Shown piece by piece: positions 11,171 through 20,838 of a DNA stretch of 64,000 bases (position 1 is the first letter of the stretch; each line of letters begins with the position of its first letter). The DNA comes from Candidatus Hermodarchaeota archaeon (GTDB taxonomy: Archaea; Asgardarchaeota; Lokiarchaeia; Sigyniarchaeales; SOKP01). Made by a program: the position numbers and the translations under genes. The DNA lies in NCBI GenBank assembly GCA_048885535.1, contig JBHLLO010000006.1, positions 1 through 64,000 on the forward strand. Reading direction: 5' to 3'. The notes beneath the pieces are model-generated. The model did not search any database. It was not told where the DNA came from and saw only the letters and a list, made by a program, of their open reading frames with translations.

Positions 11171-11278
11171 ATGGTTGTTTTTAACCACAGTGGTAAAAAC
11201 CTTAAACCAAAAATCATCCACTATCCATTTAATAATCGGTTTAATGAAATCCATTTCGAATGCAAAGAGGTGAAATAA
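11171..11278 (+). CDS. Candidate 35-aa upstream ORF (MVVFNHSGKNLKPKIIHYPFNNRFNEIHFECKEVK)
   Basis: ATG at 11171; TAA at 11276-11278 directly abuts the ATG at 11279, in the same frame. Below the ORF-track length cutoff. Confidence 0.3.
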   Translation: MVVFNHSGKNLKPKIIHYPFNNRFNEIHFECKEVK

Positions 11279-13027
11279 ATGATAAATCAAAGAATGATAA
11301 ATAATAGAAGAAATGAAAATAGTAAAATTATTTTGACAGCAAGCATAGGTCAGTGTGTTCATATAGCAGGTGCCTATAATTTTATGCAAATTGCAGAAAA
11401 TTTAGGTTATAAGTGTACTTTTTTAGGGCCTGCTATTAGTATCTCAACTGTTATCGATAAGATCAAAGAAATTGGTCCAAATATTGTTGGAATAAGTTAT
11501 CGATTAACTCCTGAGACTGTTATACCTTTACTTAAACAATTTTTCATAAAGTATGAAAAATTGAAAGAAAAGCCTGAAAGATTATTCTTTGCTGGAACTC
11601 CAGATGTTGTTAAAATTGCTAAACAATATAGAGAATTTGATGAATTTTTTATTGGTGGAGAACCCCAATTTGAAGTAATTTCAATTTTAAGAAAAGAGAA
11701 ACAAAAATCAGAGGGTTCTTTAGAAATTCCAATGGATTTATTATCTCGAATAGAATGGAAAAAACCTTACCCCATAATTAGAACCCATTTTGGATTACCA
11801 AATTTAGACATAACTATCAAGGGAATAAAGAGAATTGCTAGGGCAAAAATTTTAGATATTATTTCTATTGCTCCAGATCAGAATACTCAAGCAAATTATT
11901 TTCACCCCGAAGATCAAATAGATGAATTATCTGGTGCGGGCGGAGTAACTCTAAGATCTAAAGAAGACTTTATAAAATTACACCAAGCTAGATTAACTGG
12001 AAATTATCCAATGTTAAGGATTTATGCAGGAACTAGAGACATTATAAAACTAGGAAATCTTTTTAGAAAAACTATCCAAAATGCATGGGCTGCTATTCCG
12101 ATATTTTGGTTTAATCAAATGGATGGTAGAGGTCCTCTCTCTTTGAAAGAATCCATAAAAGAACATATACAAGCTATAAAATGGCATGCTAAAAGGAAAA
12201 TTCCTGTAGAAATTAATGATCCCCATCATTGGAGTCTTAGAGATGCACCTGATGCGATTACAGTGGCAGATATGTACTTATGTGGTAAAATTGCTAAAAT
12301 TCTTGGTGTTAAAGATTTTATTGCACAATACATGTTTAATACTCCCCCTTCAACCAGTTTTGATATGGATTTAGCAAAAATTTTAGCGAAAGATGAATTG
12401 CTTCATACTTTGATAGATGATAATTTTTCAATCATTCGACAAGTTCGTACTGGATTAGCCAGTTTTCCATTAGATTTAGACAAGGCAAAAGGTCAATTAG
12501 CAGTAGCCACTATGGTTCAGTTAGTAATTAAACCAGATATTGTTCACGTAGTAAGTTATTCAGAAGCAGATCATGCTGCGCAACCTGAGGATATAATTGA
12601 AAGTTGTAAAATCGTTGATCAAGTAATAAGTAAAGTATATTCAAGTAATTTAAAGATAGCTGATGAGAAAATCCAACAAAGAAAAGAAGAGTTAATAAAA
12701 CAAGCAAAATGGATCATTGATATTATACCTTTTTTAGCTAAAAATAATAAAGAGTCTAAGAACCCATATATAAATCATAAAGTTTTAAACCGAGTTGTAA
12801 AATTTGGCATCTTTGATGCGCCACATCTAAAAAACAATAAGTTTGCATTGGGTCAAATAAAAACTAAAATAATAGATGGTGCTTGCTATTCTTGGGACCA
12901 AAAGCTACTAAAAAAGTATAACGAAATCCAAAGAATTCAGGATTTGATTTCAAATATTAAAGATATCACATTACCCAAATCTTTATGGGAACAGGGAATG
13001 TCAATTAATGAGGTGATGACTCATTGA
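11279..13027 (+). CDS. Cobalamin-binding domain protein fused to an uncharacterised catalytic (probably TIM-barrel, mutase-like) domain
   Basis: N-terminal B12 Rossmann motif IGQCVHIAG...FLGP...IVGISY resembling glutamate mutase S subunit; no CxxxCxxC radical-SAM motif; SD-like GAGGTG upstream. Confidence 0.8.
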   Translation: MINQRMINNRRNENSKIILTASIGQCVHIAGAYNFMQIAENLGYKCTFLGPAISISTVIDKIKEIGPNIVGISYRLTPETVIPLLKQFFIKYEKLKEKPERLFFAGTPDVVKIAKQYREFDEFFIGGEPQFEVISILRKEKQKSEGSLEIPMDLLSRIEWKKPYPIIRTHFGLPNLDITIKGIKRIARAKILDIISIAPDQNTQANYFHPEDQIDELSGAGGVTLRSKEDFIKLHQARLTGNYPMLRIYAGTRDIIKLGNLFRKTIQNAWAAIPIFWFNQMDGRGPLSLKESIKEHIQAIKWHAKRKIPVEINDPHHWSLRDAPDAITVADMYLCGKIAKILGVKDFIAQYMFNTPPSTSFDMDLAKILAKDELLHTLIDDNFSIIRQVRTGLASFPLDLDKAKGQLAVATMVQLVIKPDIVHVVSYSEADHAAQPEDIIESCKIVDQVISKVYSSNLKIADEKIQQRKEELIKQAKWIIDIIPFLAKNNKESKNPYINHKVLNRVVKFGIFDAPHLKNNKFALGQIKTKIIDGACYSWDQKLLKKYNEIQRIQDLISNIKDITLPKSLWEQGMSINEVMTH

Positions 13028-14130
13028 AATTTGCTGTTATTGGAGCCGGAAATGGAGGTAGAGCATTCGCTGCTTATTTAGTATCGAAAGGATACACTCT
13101 TAATCTTTATAATCGTTCTTTCACAAGAATTTGTGATATTAAAAAAAAACATGGTATCAAATCAAAAGGAGAAATTAAAGGTTTTTTTCCGATAGATTTA
13201 ATAACGCAAGATTTAAAATTGGCAATTAGCGATGTCGATATTATCATAATTGTAACTCCCGCTTCAGCACATAGAAGTATTGCTAAAAAAATTGCTCCAC
13301 ATTTATTCCAAGATCAAATAGTATTGTTAAATCCTGGAAGGACATTTGGAGCTGTTGAATTTAGAAAAATTATCGAAGAAGAAAGAGGTTCTTTTCCAAT
13401 ATTTATAGCAGAAACTCAAACCATGCTATTTACTTCAAGACAATTAAAAAAAAATAAAGTAGAAATATTGAAAGTAAAGAATTCAGTTAATTTCTGTGCA
13501 TTTCCTGAAAAAGATAATTTCTTTATTTATGATACTCTAGTAGATATTTTTCCTCAATTAAATATTATAGATGATTATTTGGAAGTAACACTGAACAATA
13601 TTGGAATGTTACTTCATCCTGCTCTTTCATTAATGAATGCAGGCGCTATAGATGGGAGAAGAGCCTTTAAATTTTACAAGGAAGGGGCTACTCCGAGAGC
13701 CTGTGAAGTTCTTGAAACAATTCAGTTCGAATTAAATAAAATCTTTCAAAAACTGGGGCTTAAACAAATAAAATTCTGTAAATGGGCCAATAGTTCATAT
13801 GGTACTAAAGAAAAAAATATCTATGAAACAATTCAAAATATTGATGCATATCGAAACATTAGTGCTCCGAAGACATTAATGATGAGATATCTAACTGAGG
13901 ATGTGCCTACAGGATTGGTTCCAACTGCTTCCCTAGGAGAATTCTTACAAATAGACACACCCGTTTTAAATTCTATAATAAAATTATCATCTATTCTATC
14001 TGGTATTGATTTTAAAAAAGAAGGGAGAACTATCGAGAATTTAGGTTTAGAAGATTATCTTACCAATAGGATTAAATTAGAAGAACCAATAGAAATCTCA
14101 GAATTAGAAAGTAAAAAAGTCAAAATCTAA
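13024..14130 (+). CDS. NAD/NADP opine (octopine/nopaline) dehydrogenase family protein
   Basis: GAGNGG Rossmann motif, LLNPGRTFG, LNNIGMLLHP, FYKEGATP, RYLTEDVPTGLVP; TTG start overlaps the upstream TGA by 4 nt. Confidence 0.92.
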   Translation: MKFAVIGAGNGGRAFAAYLVSKGYTLNLYNRSFTRICDIKKKHGIKSKGEIKGFFPIDLITQDLKLAISDVDIIIIVTPASAHRSIAKKIAPHLFQDQIVLLNPGRTFGAVEFRKIIEEERGSFPIFIAETQTMLFTSRQLKKNKVEILKVKNSVNFCAFPEKDNFFIYDTLVDIFPQLNIIDDYLEVTLNNIGMLLHPALSLMNAGAIDGRRAFKFYKEGATPRACEVLETIQFELNKIFQKLGLKQIKFCKWANSSYGTKEKNIYETIQNIDAYRNISAPKTLMMRYLTEDVPTGLVPTASLGEFLQIDTPVLNSIIKLSSILSGIDFKKEGRTIENLGLEDYLTNRIKLEEPIEISELESKKVKI

Positions 14131-14843
14131 CTTATATTTTGTTGTTTATGGCAACAAAATCGTATAAAATTTTCAATTATTTCACTTCCAATGCTTATAG
14201 TCTTTTTTATTATATGTTCATTAAGGGAATTAAAAGATTGAATATTATGTGTTTCTGGATGGAATTGGAGTGAAAAAATTGGTTTTTTAATGTGTTGCAT
14301 ATATTGGATAATATGATATCCCATAATCCTTGAGGTTGCTTTAATATTAAACTGCTGTTGAATTTTGCAATCATTAGGAGAAATAAAATCAAGATGATGG
14401 GTGTTTACAGGGATCTTTTTCTGGTTTATCAATTCATCTGTTTTATTAAACTTTATAAATATTATATTACCTCCTGAGTCTGGTAACCCCATTCTACATA
14501 TTTGTGCTCCATAAGTATAGGCAACAAGATGATGTCCAAAACATATTGCAAAGATTGGTATTTCTATTGAATTTTGAATTATATTTATTTGAGAAAGAAA
14601 CTTTTTCTTTAATTTTTCATTGTAATAAAAACTTGATACATTAAAACTTGAGCCTGAAATTATAATTCCATTAGCTTTTTCCATCTTTTCATATATAAAT
14701 TGAGAAAAATGAATTGTTTTTAGTTCAATTTCAACCCTCATACAGTTAACAATTTCTTGTATTCTAGCTATTCGGTCAGTTTGAGTTCCCTTAGGATAGT
14801 TATCGATAAGAAGTATTCGAGTATTTTTAGTATGATTTCTCAT
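14127..14843 (-). CDS. Class I glutamine amidotransferase (GMP synthase-like, stand-alone)
   Basis: LLIDN, IIISGS, AICFGHHL (Cys nucleophile), LQFHPE. Confidence 0.88.
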   Translation of the reverse strand: MRNHTKNTRILLIDNYPKGTQTDRIARIQEIVNCMRVEIELKTIHFSQFIYEKMEKANGIIISGSSFNVSSFYYNEKLKKKFLSQINIIQNSIEIPIFAICFGHHLVAYTYGAQICRMGLPDSGGNIIFIKFNKTDELINQKKIPVNTHHLDFISPNDCKIQQQFNIKATSRIMGYHIIQYMQHIKKPIFSLQFHPETHNIQSFNSLNEHIIKKTISIGSEIIENFIRFCCHKQQNIS

Positions 14844-14868
14844 AAGAATCCTTAATTATTACGAAATT

Positions 14869-16224
14869 TTAATTAAACATTTCCATAAATGCACCCAAAC
14901 GGGTTTTTACTTGCTCAACATTTTCACCAATTTTATTAAAGGTTAATGCTATAGAAGGAATTTCTAAATCTCGCCGAATCTTTTCTTTAAGCATGGCATA
15001 ACAGTTTGAAATTGAATGACAACCGAATAACTGGATAAACACAACTCCATCCACATTAAGCTTTTTTGCAATTCTCATATAAGAATTGGTTAATATATCA
15101 TTATCACAACCTACTCCCTTCTCTGTAGCATTCATTAAAAATCGAGCATAGCTTTCGATTGGATTTGAATTAGGAGATACATCAATTTCTTCTAAAAATA
15201 ATAACATATCCCAATCAGCATAGATTGCTCTCCCCCCCAATTCATAAATAATCTCATGTGACTCTGGAGGCCACCCTCCAAACATAGGGGTAACTAAAAT
15301 TTTTGGCATTTTAGATACATCCATCCCAATTCCCTTCCTAATTCTTTCCCTCATTTCATCTACCAATGAATTTAAATTTTCTGCATACCTCTTGGCATAA
15401 GAATTATAATCTTGAAAGGTAATATTCAATAAAGCCAAGATTTCACTAAATGTAGCTGGATTGCATGGGTAAAAATCAGAGGTGCTAATTTCGTGTAATA
15501 CAATTTTATAAAATTTTTTTATTTGATTCGCAATTTTAAAATGATTTCTTAAATCATTATCTGTTACACTATTGCCAGTTATTTCTTCTAGTTTACCAAT
15601 AGCATTAGTAAGATTATCTGTTAAAAGATTTATAGAATCTCCTATATTTCTGGGTGGTATATCAACCCAGATTTGTTGAGTGGACTCTGGAATCGTTTTT
15701 AGAGACTCAAGATACTTATTCCATGCGCTACATCGAATGGTATAATTTAAAGTGGCATCTACATTTTTAATTTTACTAACATGCATTCCGTACAAACTTT
15801 TTATACCATAACAGAAGTCAGTAGGAATACCGCTTTCTATTCCTAAATCGTACATCTCATTATATTTATCGTTTATAGTATCAATTACCTCCTCAATTAT
15901 TTCGTCTATAAGCTTGCTTACTTCCCCTATACCAAGATTTTTTACAAAGCCTAGAAACTCAGAAACGCGATTCCAGCCAAAAATATTGGATGCGGAACCT
16001 AAATACCTCAGATACTTATTTATTTCAAAAATTTGCATTCTAATTGGAAAAACAGGTATTGCTCCGGCTGCAAAAACTAAGTCTGAAAAAGGAAGTGCAA
16101 CAGAAATTAATTTTTTCTTTTCTCTAAATTTTTTTCTTTTTAGATAGTCTCTTCCTCCTAAAAAGTTATATGCTATCCTTAAAACAGAAGAAAATCTAAT
16201 TAACTCATCGGCGATCAAACTCAT
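14869..16224 (-). CDS. 2-hydroxyacyl-CoA dehydratase subunit, paralog 1
   Basis: DLVFAAGAIPV, DFCYG, IRC, DGVVF..FGCH, EQVKTRLGAFMEM; in an operon with a second subunit and the activator. Confidence 0.85.
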   Translation of the reverse strand: MSLIADELIRFSSVLRIAYNFLGGRDYLKRKKFREKKKLISVALPFSDLVFAAGAIPVFPIRMQIFEINKYLRYLGSASNIFGWNRVSEFLGFVKNLGIGEVSKLIDEIIEEVIDTINDKYNEMYDLGIESGIPTDFCYGIKSLYGMHVSKIKNVDATLNYTIRCSAWNKYLESLKTIPESTQQIWVDIPPRNIGDSINLLTDNLTNAIGKLEEITGNSVTDNDLRNHFKIANQIKKFYKIVLHEISTSDFYPCNPATFSEILALLNITFQDYNSYAKRYAENLNSLVDEMRERIRKGIGMDVSKMPKILVTPMFGGWPPESHEIIYELGGRAIYADWDMLLFLEEIDVSPNSNPIESYARFLMNATEKGVGCDNDILTNSYMRIAKKLNVDGVVFIQLFGCHSISNCYAMLKEKIRRDLEIPSIALTFNKIGENVEQVKTRLGAFMEMFN

Positions 16225-16226
16225 TT

Positions 16227-17360
16227 TTAAATCATCTCCAAGAAAGCTTCAATTCGAGTTGAAAGTTGCCCTCGATTTGCTTTTGAATAATCCCGTTCTA
16301 AATTTAAAACGTATAATCCCTCCTTTTGTAGTTTGTCTTTAAAAAAGGAAGCTACAATGGAAAAATGATCACAAAATTTAATTATGTGGTTAATAATTGC
16401 TAACTTTTTACCTGTTTTTTCCTCATATTTTCTATATGTCTCTAGAATTAGTGCTATTTTATTTTCTAAAAAATTAGGAACAGAGTGGTCTCCATATATA
16501 TTATCTTTGAATCTTTGAACCAGAAGTTTTAATGGATCCTCCCCCTCATTGATAAGTTTTTCATCTATAATTTGTAAATAATTATTCCCTATCCAAGTAT
16601 CATAGAAAACAATATTTCCGCCGCCCTCCTCTATTAAATCTACCAAATAATCGTTAATAAAAATTGAACATCCTGTTAATATCAGATCCCTTGAATTACT
16701 TTGATAATTTGAGGATTCTTGTTCGTGTTCTTGAATTATCCTTTTTAATTCAGGCATGAAATCAGGACCGAATAACAATGCCTTTTGTAATAATTTTAAT
16801 TTCTCTGACCCTTTTAAGCTTAAATCATTTAATTCATTGAGCTCTTTCTTAAATATGTTATATTTTTTTATGCTGTTTAATAAATCCTCATCTTTAATTT
16901 CATGACCTATAAGTTCTTCAAGTTGATTTTTGAAATTTTCAAGTTCTATTCTTAAATATGTCAAACTATTTTCATTTTTAGTATATGAAATGTAGAAGTT
17001 CAATCGAGGAATATTGAAATATCTAGATATAATTTCTGAAGCACATATATCAGATACACAATGATTTGATACAATAAAATAATCAATCAAATCTAGAAAT
17101 TGAAAGAAATTTGGTTTTAAAGAAAATAAACCAATACATGACTGTGCAAATGCACAAGTAGATGGAGGTAAATAATCATGACTCGCATTCATTAGATCAT
17201 CATTTCCACCAAACATCAATCTAAGTGGAAAAAAGCCAGCAGCGTCAATTAATTCCTCTGGAATATTATCATGTGAAATAAATCCTACAATTTTCTTGCC
17301 CTCTTCTTTTTTTTCTCTAAGAAATAAAGAAAAGTCTGATAATAGTTCTATATCTTCCAT
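16227..17360 (-). CDS. 2-hydroxyacyl-CoA dehydratase subunit (HgdB/BcrC-like)
   Basis: PEELIDAAGFFPLR, TCAF, HC.SD, IKFCD, LERDY, GQLSTRIEAFLEMI. Confidence 0.9.
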   Translation of the reverse strand: MEDIELLSDFSLFLREKKEEGKKIVGFISHDNIPEELIDAAGFFPLRLMFGGNDDLMNASHDYLPPSTCAFAQSCIGLFSLKPNFFQFLDLIDYFIVSNHCVSDICASEIISRYFNIPRLNFYISYTKNENSLTYLRIELENFKNQLEELIGHEIKDEDLLNSIKKYNIFKKELNELNDLSLKGSEKLKLLQKALLFGPDFMPELKRIIQEHEQESSNYQSNSRDLILTGCSIFINDYLVDLIEEGGGNIVFYDTWIGNNYLQIIDEKLINEGEDPLKLLVQRFKDNIYGDHSVPNFLENKIALILETYRKYEEKTGKKLAIINHIIKFCDHFSIVASFFKDKLQKEGLYVLNLERDYSKANRGQLSTRIEAFLEMI

Positions 17361-17424
17361 TGTTTCAATTTTAAAGATATCACTTATTGATTAAAAATGA
17401 GGTAATCCAGCAAAGGATTTAATT

Positions 17425-18204
17425 TTAATTGTTATAATTTTCTTGAGCTATTAGTGCAGCGCCAATAGCACCTGTTAATTGGGGATATTCTGGTACTACA
17501 ATTTCATATCCTAACTCAACTTCTAAATACTTTTTAACAGCGATATTTTTTGCAACACCACCACAAAATACAAGTTTTGGTGCAACGCCAATACGTTTAG
17601 CCATACCAGCAACTCTTCTTGAAATGGACTTATGAATTCCAGCAGCAATATCTTCTTTAGATGATCCTCTAGCAAAAAGACTAATTACTTCACTTTCAGC
17701 AAAAACGGTACATGTAGAACTAATAGAAGCTATATTCTTTGAATTTAGGGCAAGGTCACCAAATTGATCAATAGGAACTTCAAGAGCGTGTGCCATTACT
17801 TCTAAGAATCTACCAGTTCCAGCAGCACACTTATCATTCATTTGGAAATCAATAACGTTTCCAGTCTTCCTAGAAATTAGTATAGCTTTACTATCTTGCC
17901 CTCCAATATCAATTACTGAATGGGCATCATTAAAGAAAAATTGTGCTCCCTTAGCATGTGCAGTTATTTCAGTAACTCGATCATCAGCAATATCAATGGT
18001 ATTTCGACCATATCCGGTACTCATAACATAAACATCAGATCTGTTTAACTTGTTCTTCAATAATATATCATCGAAGAGATTGTGTCCAACTTTTTTAAAG
18101 TTATAAGTTGATCTCTCTGTTCTATGATCAACTAATTTACCATCATTTATGAGAACGATTTTTGTTGCTAATGATCCAATATCAATACCAATAAAAACTT
18201 TCAA
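17425..18204 (-). CDS. hgdC: 2-hydroxyacyl-CoA dehydratase activator (ASKHA ATPase, [4Fe-4S])
   Basis: GIDIGS..TK, TGYGR, DIGGQDSK, MNDKCAAGTGRFLE, STCTVFAESE, GGVAKN. Confidence 0.93.
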   Translation of the reverse strand: MKVFIGIDIGSLATKIVLINDGKLVDHRTERSTYNFKKVGHNLFDDILLKNKLNRSDVYVMSTGYGRNTIDIADDRVTEITAHAKGAQFFFNDAHSVIDIGGQDSKAILISRKTGNVIDFQMNDKCAAGTGRFLEVMAHALEVPIDQFGDLALNSKNIASISSTCTVFAESEVISLFARGSSKEDIAAGIHKSISRRVAGMAKRIGVAPKLVFCGGVAKNIAVKKYLEVELGYEIVVPEYPQLTGAIGAALIAQENYNN

Positions 18205-18277
18205 TTTTCCATTACCTATTTGCTTTAGCTTTAAAAATGTTCTATGGAATATTAAATTTATTCTTTAATTGACTCTC

Positions 18278-18985
18278 TTAATCAACGCCTAAAATCAGAA
18301 GTGAAATTGTTAGGGTTAAAGAAAATGCAATCAGTAATTGTAGGATATTTTTAATAATAGATTCACGGGATATCACTCCTAAGAAAGCTCCTAGTAGAAC
18401 TATAGATATAAATATAATTAAAAAAGATATCATAAATATTTCAAAGCCTGCTTGTGAAACAAAGAAAAATGGAATAAGCGGTATAATACCACCAAAAAAA
18501 GGGGCTAAACCATTCACTAAAGCAACTAGAATGCTTGCAAATAATTTAGCTTTTTCTTGTATTGTTTTCTTTCTAATCTCTTCTTCCTTTCCATTTTGGG
18601 AATTGTTATTTTGAGTTAAATCAATATCTTTTAACATTGCTTTTTCTAGATCATCTTGAGTTAATTGTTCTCCTTCTTCTTCCTCTTCTTCAACAATTAC
18701 CATTGCTTTATCTAATTCTAATTTTAATTTTCTTTGTTCTGCTCTCTCAGATAAATAAGACCCTGAAATACCTGACATCAACATGGATATTGAAGTTGCA
18801 AAACCAGTTAAAAGTACAATATTACTCTCAATAGCATGATCAGAGCCTTTAATTATTAATATAAAGAAACCTAAAAGAATTCCTAAAACCGTTAAAAGCC
18901 CATCATAGAAATTATTTACAAAATAACGTCGTGCTATTGCTCCCAGTTTCGTTATTTTTGAAAAAAGTTTATACTTTTCAAGCAT
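18278..18985 (-). CDS. VIT1/CCC1 family transporter
   Basis: RRYFVNNFYDGLLTVLG, SGISGSYLSERAE, GGIIPLIPF; multiple TM segments. Confidence 0.85.
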   Translation of the reverse strand: MLEKYKLFSKITKLGAIARRYFVNNFYDGLLTVLGILLGFFILIIKGSDHAIESNIVLLTGFATSISMLMSGISGSYLSERAEQRKLKLELDKAMVIVEEEEEEGEQLTQDDLEKAMLKDIDLTQNNNSQNGKEEEIRKKTIQEKAKLFASILVALVNGLAPFFGGIIPLIPFFFVSQAGFEIFMISFLIIFISIVLLGAFLGVISRESIIKNILQLLIAFSLTLTISLLILGVD

Positions 18986-19031
18986 TTTACTAATTTTTTT
19001 AAAAAGGGTAATAAACCCGAAATTATATTCA

Positions 19032-19805
19032 TTAAATTCCCAATAATAATGAAACCAATAGAGTAACTATTCCTGCTGTCAATAAATGCAAAGCGTATTT
19101 TATACGTCCTCCTCCTGATATATTTCCTAGAAATATTCCTAAATATACTAGTAAACCTCCTAAAATTATATAAGAAAAAATGAAATGAAATATAGTTAAT
19201 GTAGTTCCAAAGAAAAAGGGAATTAAGGGGAGAGATGATCCCAAAACTGGAGCACCTCCATCTACTAAAGATGCAACTATTGTTGCAAAATGTTCAGCTT
19301 GTTCTATTAAAGTCTTGTTATTTTTATTATTTTTATCTTTTTTTCTAATTGGTATTAATATATTTCTTTTCTTTTTTGATCCTTTTACCTGGACAGGGAT
19401 GACCATAGCTTTTTGGATTTCTTTTTCTTCAAGCATTTTTTTAGCTAACAGAATTTTTTCTATCTCTTCCTTAGTATAATCATCGAAATTTTCTTCAATA
19501 ATAACCATATCTTTCTTGAGATCGATTATCTTTTTCTTTCTTTCAGCCTCTTCTGAAAGAAAAGCTCCCCATAAACCACTAATGCCTATAGCTAAAGCAG
19601 TTGCAAAACCAGTTATTATAATAGTAGAAGGAGTATATGCTGAATTAGTTCCAAATAAGAAAATCATAAACATTCCACTTACAATACCAGCACATGTTAG
19701 AGCCCCATCAAAACAATTATTAAAAAATTTTCGACGAGAAATAATCCCCAAATCAGACATCTGGGAGTATTTTCGCCATTTTTCAAATCTAGATTCTTTT
19801 CCCAT
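19032..19805 (-). CDS. VIT1/CCC1 family transporter (tandem paralog)
   Basis: RRKFFNNCFDGALTCAG, SGLWGAFLSEEAE, LPLIPF. Confidence 0.85.
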   Translation of the reverse strand: MGKESRFEKWRKYSQMSDLGIISRRKFFNNCFDGALTCAGIVSGMFMIFLFGTNSAYTPSTIIITGFATALAIGISGLWGAFLSEEAERKKKIIDLKKDMVIIEENFDDYTKEEIEKILLAKKMLEEKEIQKAMVIPVQVKGSKKKRNILIPIRKKDKNNKNNKTLIEQAEHFATIVASLVDGGAPVLGSSLPLIPFFFGTTLTIFHFIFSYIILGGLLVYLGIFLGNISGGGRIKYALHLLTAGIVTLLVSLLLGI

Positions 19806-20033
19806 TTTGTTAAGTGTACACCTATATTAGATAAATTAAGCAAAATGTAAAAACTTTATCTTTGCAATAAGATTTTGTAATATAACGAGACACCATTTAA
19901 CCAAATTATTGGTATTAATAATTATATTTAAACGACGATTATATATATATTATATTTCTCTAAAATCTGATGATTTTTATTGATCTAATCATATAATATT
20001 CTTAGATTATTAAAAATTTAGTGAAAATGAAAA

Positions 20034-20687
20034 ATGGCATTGAATAGTAAGACAAAAGAAGAAATTATTAGTTTGCTGGTTGAGCATTCGAGAATAATAT
20101 ATGACGTTCTAAGCGATATGGGTGTGTACTATAATAGTTGGGCTGAAGATTATGAAAAAAATAAGGACACCTTACAAAAAAAAAAGAATAAAATGCAATT
20201 ATCCGAGGAAGAAGCAGATGAATATAAGATCAAATTAATTCAAGACTTCTCTGAAGCTGGAACCCAAGGTTTGGGTGATTATGTTGCTTTAATTTTAAGA
20301 ATGGATAATTTAATCAATTACCCTTTGGAATTCGTGGACATGCTTGAAAAAATTAATCTAAAAGACAAGAAGTTTAAGGAAATTAAAAAACGTTATTATC
20401 GATTGATAAATCTGATAATGGAAATGGCGGATATTTTAAAGCAAACCATCAAAAATCTTAGAGATAACCGAGATAAAGTATATGAAAATACAGTTAAGAT
20501 TCATGAAATGGAGAATGATATTGACACAACTTACAGGCAATTTCTTGATTTTCTTTATTCTACATCTAATGAGGAATTAGATATAAGATTATTATTAAGA
20601 TTGAGAGACAGCATAGTATTATTAGAACAATTAGCAGACAGAATCCATGACATTGGTGATGTCATTAGAGTTATTCTTTACCAATAA
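20034..20687 (+). CDS. DUF47 / PhoU-like protein
   Basis: EEEADEYK, MENDIDT, LEQLADRIHDIGD repeats typical of DUF47. Confidence 0.8.
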   Translation: MALNSKTKEEIISLLVEHSRIIYDVLSDMGVYYNSWAEDYEKNKDTLQKKKNKMQLSEEEADEYKIKLIQDFSEAGTQGLGDYVALILRMDNLINYPLEFVDMLEKINLKDKKFKEIKKRYYRLINLIMEMADILKQTIKNLRDNRDKVYENTVKIHEMENDIDTTYRQFLDFLYSTSNEELDIRLLLRLRDSIVLLEQLADRIHDIGDVIRVILYQ

Positions 20688-20838
20688 GAAAATAAAACTT
20701 CTCTAAATTTCATTAATAAACCATCAGCTTCTTTTTTTGGATAGAGTACCTTTAAATAAAAAAATTAAGAAAACTTTTTACGCAATTATTTATATCTTCT
20801 TATTTAATTATTACAAATTGTTTTGATGTAATGTTAAA

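Noticed and set aside
10846-11278. Cobalamin riboswitch upstream of the B12-binding gene
   Set aside because: No recognisable B12-box or GC-paired stems. Only a short GAGTT-CTA-AACTC palindrome at 11003-11015, too weak to call.
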